A stretch of 64,000 nt of DNA, from NCBI GenBank assembly GCA_964016885.1, contig OZ024758.1, positions 22,506,001 to 22,570,000 of the forward strand, written 5' to 3'. Of this stretch, positions 1 to 11,652 are shown one piece after another. Source of the stretch: Eledone cirrhosa. Its lineage: Eukaryota. A program made the position numbers and the translations under genes. Numbering within the stretch: the stretch's first letter is position 1; each line of letters begins with the position of its first letter. The notes under the pieces are model-generated. The model had not been told where the DNA came from, made no database searches, and worked only from the letters and a program-made list of their open reading frames with translations.

Positions 1-89
1 CCTCATTTCAGTGACTTCCATATCGTTACAATTGATATGGTCTTACTATTATTGTAAGAAAATATTATTTAGTCACAAAAAACCTGGAA

Positions 90-122
<33 letters not shown>

Positions 123-144
123 AATAGTCTTTATGTCGTTACAA

Positions 145-482
145 TGGCTGTCATATCATTTCATCGGCTGGTATATCATTATAATGACTGTCATATCATT
201 ACATCGGCTGGTATATCATTATAATGACTGTCATATCATTTCATCGGCTGGTATATCATTATAATGACTGTCATATCATTACATCGGCTGGTATATCATT
301 ATAATGACTGTCATATCATTACATCGGCTGGTATATCATTATAATGACTGCCATATCATTTCATCGGCTGGTATATCATTCTAATGACTGTCATATCATT
401 ACATCGGCTGGTATATCATTATAATGACTGTCATATCATTACATCGGCTGGTATATCATTATAATGACTGTCATATCATTAC
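145..482. repeat. 40-bp minisatellite (dimer of related 20-mers), about 8 copies
   Basis: ataatgactgtcatatcatt-acatcggctggtatatcatt repeated. Confidence 0.95.
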
Positions 483-760
483 AGCGACTGATATATCATT
501 ACAATGTTACGACATTCGTTACAATGTTACGACATTCGTTACAATGTCACAACTGCTGTTACACTGTAACTGGTCTTATAATCTTACAACAACCTTCATA
601 TTGGTATAACTTGAAACACGTTATCACAGATTTCAGACGTTCTAGTATTTCAACATTTTAACAGAAATTTATTAAGAAAAATCGTAACGTTACCGAAACA
701 GTTGTAGCAATAAAATGATATAAAGTCATAACAATATAATGATATAACACTATATCAATA

Positions 761-1032
761 GGTGAAGGCTCGTGGCCTGGTGGTAAGGGTGTTGGACTTA
801 CGATCATAATGTCATGGGTTGCGTATTGTGTTCTTGTGTAAAATACTTCCTTTCACGTTGTTCTAGTATACTCTGCTGAAAATGTGTACCAGCAATAGCT
901 GGGGGTTTAACCCTGCGATGGACTGGCGTCATGTCCAGGGGCAGTTTTGTACACTCAGTCGCGTTACGCCATGAAACCGGGATAAATACCAGCCTAACGA
1001 GCCTTCTGGCTTAAGACACACTTTAGACTTTA
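761..1032 (+). mobile_element. second tRNA-derived SINE family (CORE/Meta-domain-like)
   Basis: tRNA-like head, gtgttcttg..aaaatactt segment and aaccctgcgatggactggcgtc..gtccagggg. Related fragments at 8340-8458 (-), 21585-21678 and 41390-41510. Confidence 0.65.
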
Positions 1033-1224
1033 TCAATATAATGACTAATGATTGTTATAAGATTGTTAAAACTGCTTCAATATCATACCTCATTTTACAA
1101 TATAAAATACATTGCAATGTTTCATAACACACCTTATATCGAACACACCTACCGTGATATGACAATAGCCACTTTAACGTTACACTAGCTCTAATATTTT
1201 ATCAATTGCAATAGCTCCGATACG

Positions 1225-1520
1225 ATGGGAATGTGGTTAGAATGTCTCAGGAAAGAATTGCTGGACAGATTTTACGGGCAAAACCAACCAGCAGAAGACT
1301 CAGGGGTAGACCCCGAGCAAGATGGTTGGATAACATCAATGAGCTTCGCTAGTCTCGCTTGGCTAGTCTCGCTTGGCTAGTCTCGCTTGGCTAGTCTCGC
1401 TTGGGGATTCAACGGGATCAGTTGGAGACGGTTGCTTCTGACAGGACCTGCTAGAAGGAATGTTTGAGGACTCTGCCCCCACGACCCTCTCAGGAATAAG
1501 TGGGTGAAGAAGAAGAAGCA
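1225..1520 (+). mobile_element. RTE-like LINE 3' remnant with (GAA)n tail and internal 14-bp tandem repeat
   Basis: GRPRARWLDNI-type coding remnant; homologous copies at about 31555-31710 and 61440-61650; ctagtctcgcttgg x4 at 1349-1404. Confidence 0.65.
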
Positions 1521-2322
1521 GTAGATGTAAGGGTCCTTTTTGGTATTCATTTATTTGGTGTGACAAGACAAGAGAGCCAGTGATTTATTGAGTGACTTAG
1601 TCCTTTCCTATGTGTAACAATACTTTCCGGTATGTTATGTTGTAATGAAATTAAGTGTTTAATGGTTGAATAGCAGCGTAATAATGGTTTCTACTTTTGG
1701 CACAAGGCCAGAAATTATCACAGTGTATTACTTGTACTTTATTTTATCAATCCCCGTAAGGATGAAAGGCAAAGTTAACCTCGGCGGGATTTGAACTCAG
1801 ACCATAAAGGGCCGTAACTCTTTGTTGCAAAGCATGGCGTCAGACCCTCTACCGATACTGTCAATATTCATTAAAATGTTACATCTGTTATATTGTAAAA
1901 TTATATATAATTCTGCAGTAGTTTTAAAAATATTATAACAATTATTAGCTGTTAAACCGATAAACGAAAAACTTTGAGAAATTATAATTATATTTATATT
2001 TTTAACTGTTGATCAATCAATGATAAACATTGATTGCCTGCTAAATTATTTATAAAAATATAAAAATATACTGAAGCGAAAACCAAACCAAACAGTGAGT
2101 GTGTTTTTACTATTTTTGGCAATATAAGGACAACATGACCCTCCCCAACGATATATTATCATATCGTTATATTATTATGTCTTTATATCGTTTTAGTGTT
2201 ACAATTGTTTTCATAACTTCATGATTATTCTTTATAAATTTCTATTAAAATATCCGAACGTTTGCAACTCGTCTTTACGTGTTTCAACAGAAATTATTAT
2301 GAGTCTGCCCGATCAGAGATAA

Positions 2323-2353
2323 TTTATTGAAAATGGCGTGTTGGACATTTATT
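2323..2353 (-). terminator. candidate polyadenylation signals (AATAAA x2) of the chitinase
   Basis: AATAAA on the minus strand at 2348-2353 and 2323-2328, about 125-150 nt after the stop. The hexamer is common in AT-rich DNA. Confidence 0.45.
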
Positions 2354-2475
2354 TACTAACTGAACCTGGTATAAATGAATGTTAACAAATACCACTATAA
2401 AAACACAGGCTTGGATTGATATATAACACAATTTGTACAGTAAATAAAACAGTATACAAAATAACAGTACTATTA

Positions 2476-2681
2476 TTACCCAATTTGACCTGGGAAACGG
2501 AAACAATGTACATTTTGCGGCCAGTCACATTTCATCGTCTGCTGATTGAATAAAAGATATGGCGGACATCTTAGTACTTTGGCATAGACGTTTTCACATA
2601 AAATATAGCAGCGGCAATCATAAAGGTATAAGAACATTCCTCGTAAATGACCACAATATAATGGAACTGATGTGAAGTAAT
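2476..2681 (-). CDS. chitinase terminal exon: chitin-binding type-2 (CBM14) domain + stop
   Basis: DYFTSVPLYCGHLRGMFLYLYDCRCYILCENVYAKVLRCPPYLLFNQQTMKCDWPQNVHCFRFPGQIG*; the CP..L.FN.....CDWP..V.C pattern is typical of CBM14; TAA at 2476-2478. Confidence 0.93.
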
Positions 2682-2779
2682 CTGAAAAGAAATCGAATGC
2701 ATGTCAATGATTGTTTCTTAATTTTGAACACCGGGCAGAGGGCAATCTACTGTTGCTCTACCAATTCACTACTCTTGTA

Positions 2780-3500
2780 ATAATTGTTTCTACTTTTGGC
2801 ACAAGGCCAGCAATTATCCCAGTGTATTACTGGTACTTTATTTGATCTACCGCGTAAGGATGAAAAGCAAAGTTAACCTTGGCAGGATTTGAACTCAGAC
2901 CATAAAGGGCCGTAACTCTATGCTGCAAAGCATGGTGTCAGACCCTCTACCGATACTGCCAATCCACCGCCCTCTAGAAACAACAATAATAATTGTTTCT
3001 ACTTTAGGCACAAGGCCAGCAATTACCCAGTGCATTACTGGTACTTTATTTTATCGACCCCGTAAGGATGGAAGGCAAAGTCAACCTCGGCGGGATTTGA
3101 ACTCAGATCGTAAAGGGACGTAACTCTATGCTGCAAAGCATGGCGTCCGACCCTCTACCGATACTGCCAATCCACCGCCCTTTAGAAACAACAACAATAA
3201 TAATAATAATTGTTTCTACTTTTGGCAGAAGGACAGCAATTACCCAGTGAATTACTGGTACTTTATTTTATCGACCTGATAAGGGTGAAAGGCAAAGCTT
3301 AACGTCGGTGGGAGCTAAACCAGAATGTAAAGGGCCATAACTTTATGGTGTCTGATGCTTCGATTCTAAATATAGGCACAAGGCCATCAATTTGAAAGGG
3401 GAGAGGAAAGTCGATTAAATCGACCCAAGTGCATTACTGGTGCTTTATTTTATCGACCCCGTAAGGATGAAAGGCAAAGCTTAACCTCGGCGGGATTTGA
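2780..3500 (-). mobile_element. cluster of four head-to-tail SINE copies in chitinase intron
   Basis: Repeated dominant-family SINE bodies separated by tagaaacaacaa(taa)n. Confidence 0.85.
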
Positions 3501-3522
3501 ACGTAAAGTTAACAAAACTTAC

Positions 3523-3590
3523 CACAAGTGTTCTCAACTGGTGTAGATGTAGTTACTGGATAGTATGTTGGCTGTATAGTTGGACGATAT
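3523..3590 (-). CDS. chitinase Pro/Thr-rich linker exon (YRPTIQPTYYPVTTSTPVENTC)
   Basis: ctag acceptor and G|gtaag donor; 68 nt, phase 2 to phase 1, fits both neighbours; P/T-rich linker composition. Confidence 0.88.
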
Positions 3591-4346
3591 CTAGGAATAT
3601 AAGAGAGTCATTTATTAATATTACAGTTGGTGTTACAGAACGATATCTAGGAATATAAGAGAGTCCTTTATTAATATTACAGTTGGTGTTACAGGACGAT
3701 ATCTAGGAATATAAGAGAGTCATTTATTAATATTACAGTTGGTGTTACAGGACGATATCTAGGAATATAAGAGAGTCCTTTATTAATATTACAGTTGGTG
3801 TTACAGGACGATATCTAGGAATATAAGAGAGTCATTTATTAATATTACAGTTGCTGTTACAGGACGATATCTAGGAATATAAGAGAGTCATTTATTAATA
3901 TTACAGTTGGTGTTACAGGACGATATCTAGGAATATAAGAGAGTCATTTATTAATATTACAGTTGGTGTTACAGGACGATATCTAGGAATATAAGAGAGT
4001 CCTTTATTAATATTACAGTTGGTGTTACAGGACGATATCTAGGAATATAAGAGAGTCATTTATTAATATTACAGTTGCTGTTACAGGACGATATCTAGGA
4101 ATATAAGAGAGTCATTTATTAATATTACAGTTGCTGTTACAGGACGATATCTAGGAATATAAGAGAGTCCTTTATTAATATTACAGTTGGTGTTACAGGA
4201 CGATATCTAGGAATATAAGAGAGTCCTTTATTAATATTACAGTTGCTGTTACAGGACGATATCTAGGAATATAAGAGAGTCATTTATTAATATTACAGTT
4301 GCTGTTACAGAACGATATCTAGAAATATAAGAGAATCATTTATTAA
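3582..4346. repeat. 56-bp minisatellite, about 13.5 copies, overlapping the linker-exon acceptor
   Basis: ggacgatatctaggaatataagagagtcatttattaatattacagttggtgttaca, period 56. Confidence 0.97.
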
Positions 4347-6476
4347 ATATACTAGCAGAAAAACCTTTGTGTGGTTTTCTCTAGCATGTGTAGTGTGCAT
4401 ATTGATATTATACGCAAATATACATGCATGTAGATATGATACGTCAAATAAAATCGTAATTGACAATATGCACAGAAATTGAAGAGAATCTGTGTTACAC
4501 TGTCTTCTGTAATCAGTAAAGTAATCCATGATACATTTAAAAAAGACGATATTATATATAAACTGCATTACGGCAAAATTTTATGAAAACGAAAAAGAAG
4601 AAAATTAGCGGACTAAATATAAACCTTATATAACGATGCAAATATATGAATGTTTATATAAGCGATGTAATAAGTGTTATAATATAATGGCCGCGAACCG
4701 GAAGTGTTGACATTTGAAAATTATAAAAGAAGTGAATCGGTATATATGAAACCATTATATATAAGAATATTTATGTTTAATCAACAGCAACGAAATTTAG
4801 TAGATAAATTATGTAATATTCATTCATTACTAAAGTACCAGTAATGCACTGGGTATTTTGCTGGCATTGTGCCTAAAGTAGAAACAATTATTTATTCAAA
4901 GTAAGCCAACTTATTTTAATAACGGGAAAAATAATATATTCAGGACACAGTCCCGCACTCCTTCCTATATTATATTATGGTATAAGGGATAAGACGGAAG
5001 CTCAAAGAAATGAAAATTGGAATATAGTATATTTTGGTGGTAAAATTTTATAAACATATATGATTGTGCATGCAACCATATACGAGAATACGATAACAAA
5101 CTTCAATATTCGATAAGATTGACATACTATTTAAAGTAACTTAAATTCAATTAATGTACCAAATATGAAAATATTTATTCTGCGGGGTTAAAGAAAATAA
5201 AAGAATCTTTAAAAATTCTTCACTTTGAAATTTTACCTATAATCTTCGATTTGTATGGAACTTTACCCCCATTTTCAACTATATATAAGACTAAAATCCA
5301 AAGAGGGCTCGATAAGGATAAATATATATCAAATATATAAGAACCGTAGAGCAAATATTTATTAAAATAACAGATTAAAGTTTAAGTAAAGAATCGCTGC
5401 TTTCACCCTTAACGGGATCTTCTGAAGCTAACAAAGTCAATCTGTAAACGCAGAAGTGGATATTTCAAAAAACGTTGCAACCGGAGGAAGACAGGAAGAC
5501 GATACTTTGGTTCGTGGAAACGTTCGCTATGCAAATAAGTAATGGTATAAACAAAACATATACTTAGCTCCCACATCAAGACGTAAAATATCCACGTATA
5601 AATCGTACTATCCGTTAGGGTATAACGTGGGGCTGTAATACAGGAAAGTTTTGTGCAATTTATGTTTACAATTTATGTGACCTCTGTGCCGCTGAGGCCC
5701 TGGAAATACTCTACGCCACTGACCACATCTTAAACAAAAAATCTGAGGCAATTTCGGCTTGTAAACATAAATTGCACAAAACCTTCCTGTATTACAGCCC
5801 CACGTTATACCCTAACGGATAGGATACTCTAACATATATTATATATATTATATATATATATATATAATATATATTTTATATATATAATATATATTTTATA
5901 TATATTATATATATTTTATATATATTATATATATTATATATATATTATATATATATTATATATTATATATATATATTTATATTATACATATATTATATAT
6001 ATATTATATATATTTTATATATATTATATATATATTATATATATAGGCGGTGGATTGGCAGTATCGGTAGAGGGTCGGACGCCATGCTTTCCAGCATAGT
6101 TACGTCCCTTTTCGATCTGAGTTCAAATCCCGCCGAGGTTGACTTTGCCTTTCATCCTTACGGGGTCGATAAAATAAAGTACCAGTAATGCACTGGGTAA
6201 TTGCTGGCCTTGTGCCTAATGTAGAAACAATTATATATATATTATATATATATTATATATATATTATATATATTATATATATATATTATATATATTATAT
6301 ATATATATTATATATATATATTATATATATTATATATATATTATATATATTATATATATATATATTATATATATATATATATTATATATATATATATATT
6401 ATATATATTATATATATATATATTATATATATATATATATTATATATATATATATATTATATATATATATATATAT

Positions 6477-6507
<31 letters not shown>

Positions 6508-6702
6508 AAAAAAGAAGTGTATGTCAACAGGTTACAATTAACTTAGTTTATTCATAGTCGCTGTTTCGGTGATAACCATTATGCAACAGTTATATATATA
6601 AACATATATATACACACGCACACACACATATATATATAAGAGAGAGAAAGTGAGATGTGTTTGTATTTAGAAATTTATGTATGTATATTCATATGTTCAC
6701 TC

Positions 6703-6734
<32 letters not shown>

Positions 6735-7303
6735 GTGTGTGAGTGAAGACTAAAATCCAAAGAGGGCTCAATAAGGATATATATATATATATATCTGTGC
6801 GTGTATGGGATGTTTGAATATACATTTATAAACCCCATATATATAAGATAATTTGAAGAAATTAAAAAGCCTTTTTAAGAGGGAAATATTAAGAATTTAT
6901 TTTTTCGCGCGATATAATATACATTACTAGTTATCCATATGCAAGCCATAAACACATTTGAGTGATTTCCCTTATCTCATATTTTTATACTCTGCAAATT
7001 ATACCAGATAAAATGATTTGTAATTCTTTATATAAAACGTTTTTTTAACTGATCAGGCTGATTTGAGTAGAGTCTGGTATGCTGAAGAGGTCTAATTGAA
7101 CAAAACATATTCATACTTACCCCCTGCTTACCAAAAAAGATAAGATTTCCCTTCTCTTATGCATGTAAATTAATTTTTGAAAACTTATTAATAATTTCTT
7201 GTAATTATCTCCCTTTTCCTTTGAATGTCGCTGACAATTGTCGCTAGGTTTTTGTTTTCTAGAACGCCATGAGAAAAATTTATATAACATCAAACTAACA
7301 TAC

Positions 7304-7434
7304 CCTCCTTTTAATACGTTGTTGATTGTTCTCAACAATGGGTATTTTCCATCTCCGCATACGTTGTTGAAATCATCTTCATCAAGAGCCCAAAACATTG
7401 CACCAAGAAGTCCTGTTTCTATAATGAATTGTGA
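7304..7434 (-). CDS. GH18 chitinase exon, end of catalytic domain (SQFIIETGLLGAMFWALDEDDFNNVCGDGKYPLLRTINNVLKG)
   Basis: GAM.W.LD.DDF..CG.GKYPLL motif; cag acceptor and GG|gtatgt donor (phase 2). Confidence 0.92.
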
Positions 7435-7723
7435 CTGCAATAAAATTATTGAAAAAGAAAGAAAAAAGGTTAATCCAAGCATCCTCTCCAACGCGCTCAT
7501 TACTCCATCAAACGTCTGCTTTAAAGAAACGTGTAGTAATGAAGAAAGTGCCAACATGAGCTATTTTTTATATAATAATATTTATGCAGAATTCTCTGAG
7601 GCATGAAAACTATTTCAAAGGTTCTGCAAGGGTAAAAAAAAGCTGAGAAACGTTGTGCTAGGATATGGGGATTCAATGAGATTTGGGGGCTATTTCTACA
7701 TTATGTTGTAAAGAATTGCCTAC

Positions 7724-7846
7724 CTTGTTCCTGAAACTGATTACATCATCGTAACCGACCCACTGATTGCCAAAACGAGCTGATGGCATGCCCTCTTTTG
7801 GTATCCACTCACGAATCCAATGATTGTTTCGCAGGTTTTGGCAAAT
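7724..7846 (-). CDS. GH18 chitinase exon (ICQNLRNNHWIREWIPKEGMPSARFGNQWVGYDDVISFRNK)
   Basis: GNQWVGYDD motif; cag/gtagg sites; 123 nt. Confidence 0.95.
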
Positions 7847-8544
7847 CTGAAAAAAATGAAAAAATATATAATTGTTTCTACTTTTGGCACAAGGCCAGCA
7901 ATTACCCAGTACATTACTGGTACTTTATTTTATCGACCCCGTAAGGATGAAAGGCAAAATTAACCTTGGCGGCATTTGAAAAAAATATATAGTAAAGATT
8001 AATATAACTAATTTCTCACATTAATATAAGACTATATATTTGTTAATTAAGTTGGTCCTTAATATATAACAGGTATATTGGTGTAGGTTTCATTTGATAC
8101 AGGGGATCCTGAGGTGAAGAGAATTTTGGCAAACTCTCCGATTAATAAACCATGATAATACACTATGTGTGTTTGTATATTTATATATATCTCCATGTCT
8201 GTAACCTTTTACAATTTACACACACACACACACACACGCACACACGCACACACACGCACACACACGCACACACACACGCATACACACGCACACACGCACA
8301 CGCACACTCTCTCTCTCTCATCTACGCACTCACTCAGAAGGAGCAATCTGAAATAAAGTGTCTTGCTCAAGGACACAACGCATCACCCGGTCCGAGAATT
8401 GAACTCGCAACCTCCCGATTGCGAATCAAACTCTCTAATCACTAAGCTACGCGCCTTCTCCTTTGCAAATCCTAAATTTATCCGAACGAAAATTTCCTGC
8501 TTTTCATGATTGACCATATATGGAGTCTCTTCTTCTTGTAGTCT

Positions 8545-8860
8545 CCACAAGAGTTACAGTTACAAAGCTTGGCTAGATGTCCTTCCACCACAGCTGAATA
8601 CATTGCGGTCCTTTCTCATTAAACTCTGCAAAATCCAATGCTGTGTAGAGGTGTTCCACCAGGGGACATGTCATGAGGGGTTGCGTAGTCTGTGGTCCAA
8701 TGCCGCAGTCACACACAGCGTCCTCATCCTTTAAATATCGCCATTTTGCAAGAGTGGGCTTTTGTACGTCCAACACCAGATCTTAGTCTGTTTAGGCATT
8801 TCCACATTGCATAGTTTGTATCTGCTCCAAGGGGACAGTGCCTCGTTCCCCTTTAGGTCT
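8545..8860 (-). mobile_element. non-LTR retrotransposon 3' remnant with zinc knuckle (Ingi/Vingi/I-group-like)
   Basis: KW.Y.....CDCG..PQT...L..CP motif in ORF 8573-8776. Confidence 0.6.
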
Positions 8861-9010
8861 ATTGTTGTTACTGATGGGAGTTTGTTAATTTTTTCTTCCC
8901 AGAAAGTGAGGTTTTTTTTTTACAAAATGAAAAATAACCGAGGTGTCCTCCTCGAGTGAAAGTATAAAGAAAAAAAGATGAAATCGAAAATGCAAATGGA
9001 GTCTTATTTA

Positions 9011-9052
<42 letters not shown>

Positions 9053-9410
9053 GTTCCTTTACCGGTTTCCCAGTTCTTCTGCTTTTCAAAAGGTGAGTTG
9101 AGATGGAGGGTCTTTGGTTTTTCTCACATCTGTAAGAAAAACAGATGCGAAAAAAACCACAGACCCTCCATCACAGACCCTCCATCTCAACTCTACTTTT
9201 GAAAAGCAGAAGAACTGCGAAACCGGTAAAGGAACCAAATAAATATATATATTTTTTTTAAAATAAGACTCCAGTTGCATTTTCGATTTCATCTCTTTTT
9301 CTTTATATATATATATATATATATATATGGAAAGTTATATTTAAATTGTTGGGTTACAACTAGTAAATATTTATAACTGATATAAAAGCACTCGACAAGT
9401 ATTTGGAGTA

Positions 9411-9787
9411 TATATACGATATTAAATAAATGGAAACTATATTTATAAAACCATATTTATTTCATTATATATATTTCAGGGATATCATATTAACAATATG
9501 CTATGCCTTCCTCAGACAAAATACAATATAGACAGTTTTATAGATAAATAGATTTGACATACCGTTCAACATCGACTTGTATTTGAAAAGTTGATTTGCC
9601 AAATCAACTTTTCAAATACAAGTCGATGTTGAACGGTATGTCAAATCTATTTATCTATAAAACTGTCTATATTGTATTTTGTCTGAGGAAGGCATAGCAT
9701 ATTGTTAATATGATATCCCTGAAATATATATAATGAAATAAATATGGTTTTATAAATATAGTTTCCATTTATTTAATATCGTATATA
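9411..9787. repeat. perfect palindrome, arms of about 188 bp, 1-nt spacer at 9599
   Basis: Centre gatttg-c-caaatc; arms appear identical by eye. Confidence 0.95.
9675..9740 (+). ncRNA. hammerhead motif (mirror copy at 9458-9523, minus strand)
   Basis: tattttgt-CTGAGGA-[long imperfect stem II]-GAAA-tatata-TA-atgaaata. Related copies at 10628-10693 (-) and 20318-20378 (-, CTGATGA core). Confidence 0.7.
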
Positions 9788-10106
9788 TATATATATATAT
9801 ATATATTTGAACAAATATAACAAAATACACACAGGGATGCAAAAAATACGAAGTCTTACTTGGATCAACGCTTGAGTGGAAGTGGAGGAGGGTTCTACAT
9901 TTCGGATATATATATAGGAGTAAGTAAGACCCCGACGGCTGAGCTCAAGCCGTTTCGACGGCTAATTCTGTAAAGAATTAGTCGTCGAAACGGCTTGAGC
10001 TCAGCCGTCGGGGTCTTACATACTCCTATTACCCACTCTACTACCCTAAGTATTGAGTACTTTGGTGCGTTATGGTCCACCTGGTTCCTTACCACTTTTC
10101 CCTCGC

Positions 10107-10137
<31 letters not shown>

Positions 10138-10284
10138 ATAATAATAAATTTGAAGACTAAAATCCAAAGAGGGCTCGATAAGGATAAATATATATAAAAT
10201 ATATAAGAACCGTAGAGCAAATATTTATTATATATATATAACAAGATGGATAGGACAAAGGAGAGACACAAAATAAAAAACCTA

Positions 10285-10327
10285 GTCACTGAGGAGGTCA
10301 CAGAATATGTGATGAAAGAGCTTTGAC
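10285..10327 (+). ncRNA. hammerhead motif, related to 28294
   Basis: gtca-CTGAGGA-g-gtcaca(gaata)tgtgat-GAAA-gagc-TT-tgac. Confidence 0.65.
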
Positions 10328-10463
10328 AATATATAAACAACCTTCCGGTTATCGAACCAACCAGCCGGAAACTTATAATAAATTCAAGTGAAAACCAATA
10401 GGTTTATTGACAGCATGACCCATCCAAAGTATATCAATATATATATATATCTATATATATATA

Positions 10464-10514
<51 letters not shown>

Positions 10515-11466
10515 CAGCGATTCTTTGCTTAAACTTTAATCTGTTATTTTAATAAATATCTCTATATATATATATATATATATATACGATATTAAACAAA
10601 TGGAAACTATATTTATAAAACCATATTTATTTCATTATATATATTTCTGGGATATCATATTAAAAATATGGTATGCCTTCCTCAGACAAAATACAATATA
10701 TAAGCCGTTTTATAAATAAATTTGACATACCTTAAAATAATGCAACTTCCATTTAAAAAGTTGATTTGGTTGAATATGGTTTTATAAATATAGTCTCCAT
10801 TTGTTTAATATCGTAAACCTACTCCAAAACTGTTGAGTGCTTTTATATCAGTTATAAAATATTTAGTCGTTGTAACCCAACAATTTTAAATAAAACTTTT
10901 GCATATATATATATATATATATATACCCATTTTATTAAGGCTAAATAGTGAGTCTTGTTATTCTGGAGTTTCACCTGTTTATCACAGGGTCATCGAAGTA
11001 ACGAGACTCACTATTTAGCCTTAATAAAATGAATAATTAAACTCTACTTCGGTATTGAATACTCTCTTCTCTCAACCGTCAACTACATACGGATATATAA
11101 ATAAATATATATATATATAAGCCAATAACAGAGAGTGTGGTAAGATACCAGGTGGACCATAACACACCAGAGTACTCAATACTTAGGGTAGTAGAGTGGG
11201 TAATAGGAAAAGAGTCGGGACCCGACGGCTGAGCTCTGGCCGTTTCGACAGCTAGATCCGTTCTAGATCGAAACGGCCGGAGCTCAGCCGTCGAGGTCCT
11301 GACTCTTTTCCTATATTTTTCAATAAGCAAGTTCCCTAAGGATGTTATGTGTAGGAAAGTATATTGATCACTAAGTATTACTGGTACTTATTTTGTCGAT
11401 TCCGACAATAGACGAAGGTGGATAAATAATAAAAAAGGGATAAAAAGGGAGAATAAAGGAGCTTAC

Positions 11467-11652
11467 TTCGTAGTATGAAAGAAATCCTTTCTCTCTTGTG
11501 TACTTGCCGGGTTGGCCACCCCCGGCTACTGGAGCATCGATTCCGTATAACTCAGAGTCTACTAACGTAAAAGATCTTCCATATGCTGGCAAACCTAACG
11601 TAAGTTTATTTGGTGGTGCACCGTTTCGGATGTAGAAATAAACTGTTTTTCG
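11467..11652 (-). CDS. GH18 chitinase exon (RKTVYFYIRNGAPPNKLTLGLPAYGRSFTL...GFLSYYE)
   Basis: GAP.NKL..G.P.YGRSFTL and GFLSYYE motifs; cag/gtaag sites; 186 nt, phase 0. Confidence 0.95.

Noticed and set aside
3582-4346. Possible CRISPR array
   Set aside because: Units are contiguous near-identical repeats with no unique spacers, there are no cas genes, and the context is eukaryotic; same for 145-482, 25377-25817 and 57645-58560.
5395-5430. Hammerhead-like CAGAAGA-tcccgttaagggt-GAAA on the minus strand
   Set aside because: The core is mutated and there is no UH site or stem I; at most a dead remnant.
6046-6140. tRNA gene
   Set aside because: The A/B boxes belong to the tRNA-derived SINE head; there is no complete cloverleaf and the SINE body follows directly.
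7117-7303. Read-through C-terminus of ORF 7117-7557 as the true chitinase end
   Set aside because: A good gtatgt donor at 7303 connects in phase to the linker and CBM14 exons, and the extension looks intronic; intron retention cannot be excluded.
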